From Phycisphaerae bacterium (GTDB taxonomy: Bacteria > Planctomycetota > Phycisphaerae > UBA1845 > Fen-1342), in NCBI GenBank assembly GCA_963666925.2, contig CAXXTC010000007.1:32001-96000 (forward strand): a stretch of DNA of 64,000 nt. Direction: 5' to 3'. The notes under the pieces are model-generated. The model saw only the letters and a list, made by a program, of their open reading frames with translations, did no database searches and had not been told where the DNA came from. The position numbers and the translations under genes are program-made. Below, one piece after another: positions 1 to 9,894 of this stretch. The stretch's first letter is position 1; each line of letters opens with the position of its first letter.

Positions 1-1283
1 CCTTCAAAGTACGGTGCTCGTTCCATGTCCACGATGCTGAACGCGCGATGGCTGCCACCGCCGTTGATGAAGCAGGCCCGCGGATCCCCGCTGGCGGATC
101 GGATGGTCACGCAAATGTCGGGGAAGGAGATATTCCAGTTGCCGCTGCCCGTGTACTCGGCGTCGCACAGCTCGATGATGTATCCATCGGCAGCCGCCGC
201 CAGGGCGTCGGCAATCGTCGTATAGTCGCCGCTACCATCGGGACAGACCGTGATCACCGGCGTGTCACAGGCAGTCGGCGTATACACAACGTCGCCAACT
301 TCACCATTCTGACTGTTCCCGCTGTCATCACCATCTTCACTGGAGTGGTTATCGCGCCACTCCCCGCGTCCTCCATCACCCCCACAGCCACAACCGTCGG
401 CACCGTATTGATAACTGCCGTACTGGGCCAGCACGCCGTAATCCAGCCCGTGACCGCTGCCACCGGCCGCACTCCCGCCGCCCAATCCGCCATCTGCGCG
501 GATCTGCCCGGAGTTGGTCAGTTGATTGTAATGGATTTCGACTGTGCCCCCGTCGCCGCCATCGCCTCCGCAGCCGCCACCACCACCGCCGCCGGCGAGG
601 TCGTGCCATATTATCGAATACCACAGGTAGTACTCACCATTCTCGCCCGGTTCCCCGGCGTCGCCGTTTTCTCCGTCCGCATGGATCAACCCGTAGTTCT
701 CCAGTCGATAGGCGAAGATCCGGACATAACCACCACCCTTTCCACCGTCGCTGCCGTCACCGCCGTCTCCGCCGTCGGCATCCGTGCAAAGGATCAGGTC
801 GCCGTCACGCTTGGCGCCGCCACCGCCACCGCCGCCGTCACCTCCATCGCCGCCATACCCGGCTAACGGCGCCAACGGTGGTTCGCCTGGATCCCCGCAA
901 TCACCATCGGTTGGATTCGTCGGCTTCCCGGGGGTGTTGTCGCACGGATCCCCTCCCAATCCGCCGTTACCACCATCGCCGCCAGGACCCCCGGAATAGG
1001 AGTCGGTGATCGTACCATGGTTGATGAGCGTGCCGCATACGCGCAGCGTATACCCGTGAGTGTCCAGTGTTACACCGCTCTCGACGGTCAGATTCTGGTA
1101 ATATCGGTGCCCCGATAGTGTGGTGTTATGGTCAATGACTACGGTGCCGTCGTACCCGTCGCCAAACGGGCTGCATTCCATACAGCAGTCTTCCGGCGGA
1201 TCCGCCGCAAGCGGACCTGAGCCCAGCCCGGCAATAAGCAGCAGAACCGTGAGAGCCCCGATGAACGATTGGTTCCCGTGCAT
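1..1283 (-). CDS. Secreted glycine-rich protein, probably continuing into a pectin-lyase-like beta-helix; 3' end runs off the window
   Basis: Absent from the ORF track because it has no stop in the window. Translated by hand: ATG at 1283 after an AAGGAG RBS, MHGNQSFIGALTVLLLIAGLGSGPLAADPPEDCC (signal peptide), many GGDGG/GGNGG repeats, then ITVCPDGSGDYTTIADALAAAADGYIIELCDAEYTG. Confidence 0.8.
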   Translation of the reverse strand, partial: MHGNQSFIGALTVLLLIAGLGSGPLAADPPEDCCMECSPFGDGYDGTVVIDHNTTLSGHRYYQNLTVESGVTLDTHGYTLRVCGTLINHGTITDSYSGGPGGDGGNGGLGGDPCDNTPGKPTNPTDGDCGDPGEPPLAPLAGYGGDGGDGGGGGGGAKRDGDLILCTDADGGDGGDGSDGGKGGGYVRIFAYRLENYGLIHADGENGDAGEPGENGEYYLWYSIIWHDLAGGGGGGGCGGDGGDGGTVEIHYNQLTNSGQIRADGGLGGGSAAGGSGHGLDYGVLAQYGSYQYGADGCGCGGDGGRGEWRDNHSSEDGDDSGNSQNGEVGDVVYTPTACDTPVITVCPDGSGDYTTIADALAAAADGYIIELCDAEYTGSGNWNISFPDICVTIRSASGDPRACFINGGGSHRAFSIVDMERAPYFE

Positions 1284-1708
1284 TTGAACCGACTCCTTTC
1301 TTTGACGCAGCCGGTCAGTTTCATTGCTAACAGCGCTGCGCAGACACAATCCCACCTCAGTCTCTGCAGCGGCTTGCAGGGCGGTTAGAACACCGAGTCG
1401 CCACCGGCATCAACCTCATGCTGGCCAGATACACGCCGCGCACTCAGCGACCACATCACCCTGGCCACCGTTGCCGATACTGATCTTCTTGGAGATCCGC
1501 TGCCCTTGTGGATCATGTCGCGGGCGCCCCGCACAATGCCGCGCGATCTCCACGTTCTCTGCGTCGCCGCTGGCTCACAGCCCAACCGGGCTGCTAGACG
1601 ACGCATCCGCATAGGTACTTATAGTCCCATAAACGGAAACAGGTTCGCGCATTTACACCATTTCGGTGCTTTTTCTCCTCTGTATCGCTTGGGTATGCCC
1701 CCACGCAC

Positions 1709-2812
1709 TCACGGTAGCCTTGTCGGGATTCTTGTACCCGTGGCGCCGTTTGGCTTAACCATTGTCCCCATCAACTCGTACACGCGTTGATATGCCGCCA
1801 TCACTTCCTCGCGGCGCAAATGAGCGGACTCCGGCACACGCTGGGGATGTCGCGCTGTAGCTTCCTCGAGCGCGGTCAGAATAGCCCGGGCTACAGTTAC
1901 GGGTGTATGGCCACTGCAATTGGCGAAGTTGAACCCCGAAGACAACAACTCATGCGTTGCCGGCGTGCCCCCGACCACGCATCGCTTGCCCAGCACCAGT
2001 GCCGCCAGCAGATTGCCCAATGGCGCTTGTGCCGCTGGCAACGACACTACTATGTCCGCCGCCGCCAGCAACTCGCCCAGGCTCAGCCGATCGCCCGCAA
2101 CCGCATCACGTAAAAACCACTCGTGTTGACAATCACGAGCCAGCCGCCTGACGCGCGCCAGGTCGCTCCCACAACTCGGCAGCACCAGCCGTACGTCCGG
2201 CCGCACTTTCTCCAGCACCATCGCCGCCCACGCGATCTGAAACGTCCCCGTCGCACGCGTCGCCGGCGGCAAGGCCAGCACCGCCACCTCATCCTCAGCA
2301 AGCTCCAACCGCCGCCGACAATCCGCCCGATCCGCCCCGCGCAACGCGCCGACCTCCACGATCGGTGGAATTACGGCACAATCATCCGCCGCCACACCGG
2401 CCTTGCCCCACGCACGCCGCGCAGCCGCATGTCGGCAAACGCATACCCGCGGACCAGCCACACGCATTAAACGATCCGCCGCCGGCCGCGTCGGCGGCAC
2501 ATCAATCACCAGCCCAACGCCAGCCGTCGGTCTTCCCGGCAACGCCCGCAACCCACGCTCCGTCCACACGTGATAGATTAGCATCCGCCCCGCCCGCACA
2601 CCCGCCGCACGCGCCAGCGCCAGCCGCGGCCACAACCCATCATGCACCCGCCGAACCCGTACACCCCCCGGCACCTGACACGTTCCAGGACCCAGGTGCA
2701 GCACTGTCGTCCACGCTCGCGAACCGCCCGCGCACAGCGCCGCTACGCTCGCCAACTGCTCCTCCGACGTGTCAGCACCGACCAAGTGTACGATTATGGG
2801 AACCACGTCCAT
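1709..2812 (-). CDS. Glycosyltransferase (GT-B fold, GT4-like)
   Basis: 367-aa ORF with VIPPIVE, RRRLEL, ELLAAADIVVSLP..PLGNLLAALVLGKRCVV resembling the GT4 C-terminal motif; divergent. Confidence 0.6.
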   Translation of the reverse strand: MDVVPIIVHLVGADTSEEQLASVAALCAGGSRAWTTVLHLGPGTCQVPGGVRVRRVHDGLWPRLALARAAGVRAGRMLIYHVWTERGLRALPGRPTAGVGLVIDVPPTRPAADRLMRVAGPRVCVCRHAAARRAWGKAGVAADDCAVIPPIVEVGALRGADRADCRRRLELAEDEVAVLALPPATRATGTFQIAWAAMVLEKVRPDVRLVLPSCGSDLARVRRLARDCQHEWFLRDAVAGDRLSLGELLAAADIVVSLPAAQAPLGNLLAALVLGKRCVVGGTPATHELLSSGFNFANCSGHTPVTVARAILTALEEATARHPQRVPESAHLRREEVMAAYQRVYELMGTMVKPNGATGTRIPTRLP

Positions 2813-2996
2813 CTACGCCTCGTACTTGCTACGCGAATAGTACGGGCCCCATTGTAGGCCCGCCCACGATCACGGAAACCCCGTAACAATGTCGCGTGTA
2901 TTATCGCCAGGTCGCCCGTAGAATGTCCCCCTTGTGGAGTGACCTCCACGACTGGGCCAGAATCGTTTCAACCGACACATAGGCGGGCCAATCCAG

Positions 2997-4259
2997 ATGG
3001 TCAGACGCATCGTAATCTCGATCATGCTGGTCGTCGTGCTCTTCGGAATCGGCGCCGGCACGGTAGGGCTGCTGGTTAGGCTCCGCGAGCCACCCGCCAC
3101 CACAACGCCCGAACGCATCGCACTCGTCGTTAACACAATCGAGCTTCGGCCACAGGCCACGGTTATCCCACTCGAAGCCTACGGAACCGCCCAGGCCGAC
3201 CGCATCGCGATCGTCGGCTGCCAGATCTCTGGACAGGTGATCGAACTCGCCGAGCGTCTCCGTCCCGGGGTGGCCGTCAGTGCCGGCCAGATGCTCGTCC
3301 ACGTTGACCCTCGCGACTACCAGGCCCAGCTCGATCGTGCCAACAGCCAGCTCGCCGCGGCCCAGGCCGCTCTCCAGCAGCTCGATGTCGAGCGGACCAA
3401 CGTGGAGCGGCTGGTGCAAACCGCCGAGGCCGAACGCGAAGTCACCGAACGCGAATACAACCGCATCCGTGACCTGCTGGAGACCGGCGCCTCGACGCCC
3501 CGCGAGCTAGACAACGCCCGGCTCGAACTGCGCCGTGCCGAGCGAACGCTTCAGACCCTCACCAATCAACTCGCCGTCCTGCCCCAACGCCGCGCCCAGG
3601 CCGCCGCCACCATCGACCTACGCGAGTCAGAACTCGCGCTCGCCCAACTGGACCTCGAACGCTGCACCATTACCGCTCCGTTCGATGGCCTACTCGACCG
3701 CGTCGACGTCGACCTCGGCGAGCAGGTCGCGCCGGGACAACAATTGCTCACCCTGCTCGATCCCCGCCTGATCGAGATCCCTCTCGAATTGCCCATTGCC
3801 CAACGCGACGCCGTCGAGCGCGGCACGGCGGTTCGGCTGCGCCTCGAGAGTGACGCGGCGATCGTCTGGAGTGGCCAGGTGTCTCGCCTCAGCCCCAGCG
3901 CCGACCAGGCCACGCGTACCTTCTCGTTATATGCCGAGGTCGACAACGACAAGCAGGCTGCGCCGCTGCTGCCCGGCATGTTTGTGCTCGCTTCGATCGA
4001 CGGCCCGCCGCTGCCGCAGGCGCTGCTCGTCCCACGCTACGCTATCCGCCGCGAACAGGTCTTCATTTGTGAAAACTCCGCCGCCTTCGAGCGATCGGTC
4101 AAGGTCCTTGCCTGCCTGGAGAGCCAGGTGGCGATTGCCGGCCTGGAACCCGGCACAATCGTGATTACCAGCAATCTCGATGCCTTGTATGACGGTGCTC
4201 CCGTTCAGCCCGCTCGCCACACGGCCGCGTCGCAGGAGCCGTCCGGGAGCGCTCCGTGA
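2997..4259 (+). CDS. RND efflux periplasmic adaptor (membrane fusion protein)
   Basis: N-terminal TM, QISGQV lipoyl half, coiled coil, ITAPFDG, VDLGEQV, LLPGMFV; overlaps the next gene by GTGA. Confidence 0.92.
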   Translation: MVRRIVISIMLVVVLFGIGAGTVGLLVRLREPPATTTPERIALVVNTIELRPQATVIPLEAYGTAQADRIAIVGCQISGQVIELAERLRPGVAVSAGQMLVHVDPRDYQAQLDRANSQLAAAQAALQQLDVERTNVERLVQTAEAEREVTEREYNRIRDLLETGASTPRELDNARLELRRAERTLQTLTNQLAVLPQRRAQAAATIDLRESELALAQLDLERCTITAPFDGLLDRVDVDLGEQVAPGQQLLTLLDPRLIEIPLELPIAQRDAVERGTAVRLRLESDAAIVWSGQVSRLSPSADQATRTFSLYAEVDNDKQAAPLLPGMFVLASIDGPPLPQALLVPRYAIRREQVFICENSAAFERSVKVLACLESQVAIAGLEPGTIVITSNLDALYDGAPVQPARHTAASQEPSGSAP

Positions 4260-7200
4260 AATCGCTGCCCCGGTTCAGTGTCGAGAACCCCGTGCTGGTG
4301 AACATGCTGATGCTCACCATTCTGGTGGCCGGTGCGTACACCGCCTTAACGCTGACGCGCGAGATGTTCCCCGAATCGCGCCCCTCCCAGGTCTTCATCA
4401 CCACGCCCTACCCCGGCGCCACGCCCGAGGAGGTTGAAAAGGGCATCGCCATCCGCATCGAGGAAGAGATCAAGGACATCGAGTACATCGACAAGATCGA
4501 GACAACCATCTACGAAGGCGGCTGCTCGATCCTGGTGGACATGACCAACGATGTCACCGATATCGACGACAAGGTCAACGAGTTCAAGGCCGCCATCGAC
4601 GCCATCCCACGCGATGAATTGCCCGAAGAGGCCGAGGAAACCCGCGTCACCAAGTTCGAGCCGCGCCTGCCCGTAATCTCCGTCGCCGTCTACGGCGACG
4701 CCGACGAAGCCACGCTGAAAGATGCCGGTCGCCGGCTTCGCGACGATCTGCTCCTGCTGCCGAACATCACCGACATCGAGGTCAGCGGCGTTCGCAAGGA
4801 CGAGATCAGTGTCGAGGTTGTGCCCGAGAAGCTGACCGCGTACCAGCTTTCGCTGTCCAACGTCGCCGCCGCCATCCGCAGCACCAATCTCGACCTGCCC
4901 GCCGGCCAGATCCGTACTACCGCCCAGAACGTGGCCGTCCGCACCCTCGGCGAAACCGACGACGTCGAACGCATCGCCAACACCGTACTCCGTACCACTC
5001 CTGACGGCCGCATCGTCCGCGTGCGCGACGTCGGCCAGGTGATCGATGCCTTCGAGGACAGCGATACCAGCGGCCGCTTCAACGGAAAACCCGCCGTCGA
5101 CGTGATCGTCTACAAGACCGGCGACCAGGACGCCGTTCAGATCGCCACACTCGTCAAGGCGTTTGTCGCCGGAAAACGCGGCGAACCACCGCCACGCAGT
5201 TGGCTATCGGCCCTCGGCTTCGACCAAACTGCCCAGCAGGTCTGGGAGCGCTCGCAGACCGACCTTTACCCGTCCGGCCTGACCCTCGAACTGCACAGCG
5301 ATCTGTCCCGCTACATATCTGACCGTCTCGACCTGCTCAAGCGCAACGGCGCCTGGGGCCTCCTCCTGGTCTTTCTAACCCTGCTCCTCTCACTCAACTG
5401 GCGCGTCGCCTTCTGGGTCATGATGGGGCTGGTGCTTTCCATCGCCGGCGGCATCCTGCTCATGAGCATCCTCGGCGCCACCCTCAACTTGATCAGCATG
5501 TTCGGGCTCATTGTCGTCCTCGGCCTCATTGTCGATGACGCCATCGTCGTCGGAGAAAACGTTTACGCCCGCATCGAGCGTGGCGAAGCGCCCCGAATCG
5601 CCGCTGTGCGCGGCGCTGAAGAGGTCACCTGGCCGGTGCTCGTCGCCGTTGCCACCACCATCGGCGCCTTTCTCCCGCTGATGTTCATCGAGGGCCGCAT
5701 AGGCGATTTCATGGGCGTTCTGCCCATCGTGGTCGTGTCGGCCCTCAGCATCTCGCTCATCGAAGCGCTCATGATCCTTCCCGCCCACCTTTCCGACACG
5801 CTGCGACCGATGGGACCCAGCGCTGCCCCAGTGGCACCGCCACGCAACCGTATCCTGCGCGTCATCCACACCCTCCGCAGCCAGCAACGCGACTTGTTGC
5901 AAACCAGGCTTACCGGCCTCTACGAACGCATCCTCCGCGGCGCCCTCCACTATCGCTACGTAACGGTCACGGCGTCCGTCGTGGCGCTCATGATCTCGCT
6001 CGGCCTCGTCGCCACCGGCCATATCGAGTTCGTCTTCGTCCAGAAGATGGATTCGGAGACCCTCCTCGTAAACCTGGAGATGCCCGTCGGTACGCCCGCC
6101 GAAAAAACGGAGGACGTGCTCAAGTACGTCGAACGCCGCATCACCGACCCCGCCAACTTCTCCGAGGTCAAGTCCGCCTACACCCTCGTCGGGGCACAGA
6201 TCAGCGCCGGCAGTGGCGGAGCCACCGCCACAACCAGCTCACACATCGGCCAGATTATCATCGAGCTTACCACCGTAGATAAACGCGATCGCATCAGCGA
6301 CGAAATCGTCTCCGCCATGCGCGAGTCTGTTCCGCCCGAACAGCTCGCCGGCGTCAACTCACTCCGGTTCCAGCCACTGCACGGCGGCCCCGGCGGCGCC
6401 GAAATCGAGATCGAGCTGACCGGACCGCGCCTCGCGCAGATCCTCAACGCTGCCGAAACCATCAAGACCGAACTCGCCAGACAGGAGGGCGTCTCCGACA
6501 TCGACGACGACTACGAAGCCGGCCGCCGCGAACTGCAAATCACCCTCCTCGATTCCGCCCGCCCGCTCGGCCTCACTACCCAGTTACTCGCCACCGAAGT
6601 ACGCGGCGCCTTCTATGGCCTCGAAGCCCGTACCCTGCAACGCGATCGCGAAGACGTCGACATCCGCGTCCGACTACCCGAAAGCCGCCGCCGGAACATC
6701 CACGATCTCGAAAACCTCCGCATCGCCACGCCGCTCGGGACAATGGTCCCTCTCAGCGAAGTCGCTCGCATCGACGATTCTCTCGGCACCCCTACGATTC
6801 GGCGTATCGACCAGCGCCGCGCCGTCGTCGTCAGCGCCGACCTCGACCAGAACCGGAACAACGCCGAACGCGTCATTACCGCCCTCGGCCCAACCGTCGA
6901 ACGCCTCCAACAGACCCTGCCCGGAGTGCAGATCGATTTCGCCGGCAACAAACGCGAAACCAACAAGTCCCTCGGCTCGCTCCGCCGCGACTTCGTCATC
7001 GCCTTGCTGCTCATCTTCGTAATGCTCGCCGGACTGTTCCACAGCTACATCCATCCCCTCGTCGTCCTGACCGCCGTCCCCTTCGGCATGACCGGCGCAG
7101 TCCTCGGCCACTGGCTGATGGGCTACCCCCTTACGATCCTGTCGATGATTGGCCTCGTCGCCCTGACCGGCATCGTCGTTAACGACGCCCTCATCCTGGT

Positions 7201-7528
7201 CGATTTCATCAAGAAGGAAATCGCCGAAGGACGCGAGACGCTCGCAGCCGTCATAAACGCCGGCCGCCGCCGCCTCCGTCCGATCATACTCACCTCATTG
7301 ACGACCATTCTCGGCCTCGCCCCTCTGATGATGGAGCAGTCTTTCCAGGCCCGCTTCCTCATCCCCATGGCCATCTCCATCAGTTTCGGGCTCGCCTTCG
7401 CAACCGTCCTGACGCTCGTCGTCGTCCCCGCCATTTACCTGATCGTCGAAGACCTGCGCCGCGCGGGATTCTGGCTCTGGTACGGCACCACCACCCCCGC
7501 TCCGCCCGCCGAGCCCGCCACCGAATAA
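4256..7528 (+). CDS. RND efflux permease (AcrB/AcrD/AcrF family)
   Basis: 1090 aa; [54 protein letters not shown] motifs. Confidence 0.95.
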   Translation: MKSLPRFSVENPVLVNMLMLTILVAGAYTALTLTREMFPESRPSQVFITTPYPGATPEEVEKGIAIRIEEEIKDIEYIDKIETTIYEGGCSILVDMTNDVTDIDDKVNEFKAAIDAIPRDELPEEAEETRVTKFEPRLPVISVAVYGDADEATLKDAGRRLRDDLLLLPNITDIEVSGVRKDEISVEVVPEKLTAYQLSLSNVAAAIRSTNLDLPAGQIRTTAQNVAVRTLGETDDVERIANTVLRTTPDGRIVRVRDVGQVIDAFEDSDTSGRFNGKPAVDVIVYKTGDQDAVQIATLVKAFVAGKRGEPPPRSWLSALGFDQTAQQVWERSQTDLYPSGLTLELHSDLSRYISDRLDLLKRNGAWGLLLVFLTLLLSLNWRVAFWVMMGLVLSIAGGILLMSILGATLNLISMFGLIVVLGLIVDDAIVVGENVYARIERGEAPRIAAVRGAEEVTWPVLVAVATTIGAFLPLMFIEGRIGDFMGVLPIVVVSALSISLIEALMILPAHLSDTLRPMGPSAAPVAPPRNRILRVIHTLRSQQRDLLQTRLTGLYERILRGALHYRYVTVTASVVALMISLGLVATGHIEFVFVQKMDSETLLVNLEMPVGTPAEKTEDVLKYVERRITDPANFSEVKSAYTLVGAQISAGSGGATATTSSHIGQIIIELTTVDKRDRISDEIVSAMRESVPPEQLAGVNSLRFQPLHGGPGGAEIEIELTGPRLAQILNAAETIKTELARQEGVSDIDDDYEAGRRELQITLLDSARPLGLTTQLLATEVRGAFYGLEARTLQRDREDVDIRVRLPESRRRNIHDLENLRIATPLGTMVPLSEVARIDDSLGTPTIRRIDQRRAVVVSADLDQNRNNAERVITALGPTVERLQQTLPGVQIDFAGNKRETNKSLGSLRRDFVIALLLIFVMLAGLFHSYIHPLVVLTAVPFGMTGAVLGHWLMGYPLTILSMIGLVALTGIVVNDALILVDFIKKEIAEGRETLAAVINAGRRRLRPIILTSLTTILGLAPLMMEQSFQARFLIPMAISISFGLAFATVLTLVVVPAIYLIVEDLRRAGFWLWYGTTTPAPPAEPATE

Positions 7529-7657
7529 CAAAACCCCGCCCGATCGCGAATGCCCCGCTAGCCAGTAGTGCTACTCCGTCAACAGTGCCACATCGCCCCC
7601 GCGATCCTATTTCGGCTTGTTCAACCCCCGTTGCGGTCCCCGTATCGGTTGGACCGG

Positions 7658-7999
7658 CTACCCCTTGGCCTCCTGCCTCTCCTTCTTCTCCTCAGACTTG
7701 CCTTTTTCAGCCTCGCTCGCCTTCAGCCGAATCGGGCCACGCAGCTTCCGACCGGGCCCACTATCCGGCTGCTCCTCAGTCGGCATGCTGATAACCTTCG
7801 GCGGCGCGATCATCTTCTCGTCATCCTGTTCCTCGATGCCGATCCAGGCCATGATCGTGTCTTCCAGGCTGTCCTCCCGCCGTGGGATGTGGAACGTTTT
7901 GCCGCACCGCTTACAGCGCGCCGAACGCCCCATCGCCTCCGCCGGCAGGCGATACTTCGCCCCACAGTTCGAACAGGCACACTTGATCGTGTCAGACAT
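7658..7999 (-). CDS. Small zinc-ribbon protein (MJ0042-like) with acidic/charged tail
   Basis: CSNCGAKYRL...RSARCKRCG CxxC pairs; GAGG RBS upstream. Confidence 0.75.
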   Translation of the reverse strand: MSDTIKCACSNCGAKYRLPAEAMGRSARCKRCGKTFHIPRREDSLEDTIMAWIGIEEQDDEKMIAPPKVISMPTEEQPDSGPGRKLRGPIRLKASEAEKGKSEEKKERQEAKG

Positions 8000-8250
8000 G
8001 ACTCACCTCGCGAATGCCATACATACGCATGCTCAGCGGGGATCGCCGCGACAACTTACGCGCGCCGATCAAGCCGGCACAACCTCGATAATGTCGGCTG
8101 TCTCCAGGCAGTATGAGCGAGATGAGGTAGATGATAGCTCTACAGGGAACGCAACCAGCCTATCGCATTCCACATATGATCGTATCGGCTTAGCCGACAA
8201 CGTGCAATGAAAATCCACCCACCCCCCCAAGCCAGCCCGCTGGATGCTAT

Positions 8251-9894
8251 TCATGGCCGAAACCACTGGTCACACCGGCCACACACCGGGAGCGATTCCA
8301 GATCCAGCACCGCCTGCGCCTCAATCGCCTCCCGCCTCCGCTCGCCACCCCAGATCGACGCCAGTGAATCCGTCCGCCAATCCCCCAGAACCTGCTCCCC
8401 ACCGACATCTTGCCCGCACAGCACCGCTTTGCCGTCAGCCAGCAACATCAGCCGATCCGCCAGCCGACGACAAGGCACCCGCGTGGGCGGCGTGGTGGTC
8501 AATAATACATCCGGCGGAAGCATCCCACCGTACGTGTTATAGCCCTCAATCACGGCCGACCCCAGCAGCCGAACACCCTCGTCGTAAAACGATTCAAGCT
8601 CCGCAATGGTCGCCGCACACCTGACCATGCTCGGAACCACCAGCGGCCGCGGCACCTGCTCAACCCGCCGACGCTGCTCAATCTGATTCAATAATGCAAT
8701 CACTTGATCATAACAGTCGGCCCGATGCACCTTCCGATAAGTCTCAGCCGTCCGCGCATCGATGCGAATCTGCAACACATCCACTTGCGTCTCAAACAGC
8801 GCGTCGATCTGTGCCGGCGTCATATCCACCAGCGCCGTTACCAGGCTGAGCCCATAGACACCCCCGCGACGCAGTCGCCGAAGCACCTCCCCCAGCTCCG
8901 GATGCCGCACCGGGTCCCCATGACCGCCCACCACCACCAGCCGATCATCGTACGCGCCCAGCTCTTCCGCCAACCGATCGATCGCAGCCAGATCCTCAAT
9001 CTGCCGCCGTGGCACCCGCTCTCCACGCGGCCGCAGCGTCGTCTCGGGCAGCGGATCATCAGTCGTCAGCTCCAGCTCGACCTCCACCGGCAGCGGACCG
9101 GCCCGATCCCGTCCAGCCTGACCCAGCCATTCGCACAACTCCGCCGCCGTGAGATCCTCACCAAGATCACCAATCGCACCACCCAGCAACTCACGCGACC
9201 GCCGCGTGTCCCCCAGCAGCCGCACCCGCATTTGCGCTATCTCCGGCGTGACGTGGTAACAACTGTGTTGCGTGATCGGGTCATACTGCGCCAACTCCGG
9301 CCGATAGCTGAGCGTCAGCCCCACCGGAATATTCAGCTCGATCACATCCGTGACCATACCACGCGACAGGCCGATGCCCGTCAGGCCTGGCGGCGCCTGC
9401 GTGAAGGCCAACTTGGCCGCTGACGCATGTTCGCGAAAATGCCGCGCCAACTGGTCAGAAAGCTCCGGATCGAGCAGCGCCTGGTGCGCATCAAAACAGA
9501 TCGCACCGTCGGCCTCGCCTTGATCCAGCGCAGCGAGCACGCTTCGCGCCTCAATGAACTCGTCGAACCACGTCGTTCCCAGCAGCGTGCCGCGCCAACT
9601 GTCCAGCCCCCACTTCCGGCCCGCTCGCAACAACGCTCGTCGCGGCCTCACCCCCGGGTCAACCGCCCACACTTCGACACGTTCGCCCACGCCGGCCTGA
9701 TTGACCGCCTGCTTGGCCGCAGCTTCGTCACGCGGCTGGACCACAACGGCCCGCTGTTCAACATCACGCAGCCGCGCCAGCCGACGCAGCGTATGCGTGA
9801 TCAGCGGTGCGCCGGCCAGGTCGGCCAGCAGTTGCGCCGGCCCGCCCGCAGGCGATTCCGCGAAGTCCGCAAACACCACGCCGACCAGTTTCAT
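8251..9894 (-). CDS. Spiro-SPASM-like protein: SpsF/cytidylyltransferase-like N-domain, degenerate radical-SAM domain, SPASM domain
   Basis: LAGAPLITHTLRRL N-domain; VELELTTDDPLPETTLRPR where CxxxCxxC is expected; GGHGDP; C-terminal PC..L...LLADGKAVLCGQD...GD....LASIW...CGRCDQW. ATG 9894 overlaps the upstream stop (ATGA). Confidence 0.75.
   Translation of the reverse strand: MKLVGVVFADFAESPAGGPAQLLADLAGAPLITHTLRRLARLRDVEQRAVVVQPRDEAAAKQAVNQAGVGERVEVWAVDPGVRPRRALLRAGRKWGLDSWRGTLLGTTWFDEFIEARSVLAALDQGEADGAICFDAHQALLDPELSDQLARHFREHASAAKLAFTQAPPGLTGIGLSRGMVTDVIELNIPVGLTLSYRPELAQYDPITQHSCYHVTPEIAQMRVRLLGDTRRSRELLGGAIGDLGEDLTAAELCEWLGQAGRDRAGPLPVEVELELTTDDPLPETTLRPRGERVPRRQIEDLAAIDRLAEELGAYDDRLVVVGGHGDPVRHPELGEVLRRLRRGGVYGLSLVTALVDMTPAQIDALFETQVDVLQIRIDARTAETYRKVHRADCYDQVIALLNQIEQRRRVEQVPRPLVVPSMVRCAATIAELESFYDEGVRLLGSAVIEGYNTYGGMLPPDVLLTTTPPTRVPCRRLADRLMLLADGKAVLCGQDVGGEQVLGDWRTDSLASIWGGERRREAIEAQAVLDLESLPVCGRCDQWFRP

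Noticed and set aside
48..866. Plus-strand 272-aa ORF and the many other long Arg/Pro/Ala-rich overlapping ORFs (e.g. 10074-11735, 25123-26655, 51348-53144)
   Set aside because: Shadow frames of real genes in high-GC DNA, with no motifs or RBS.
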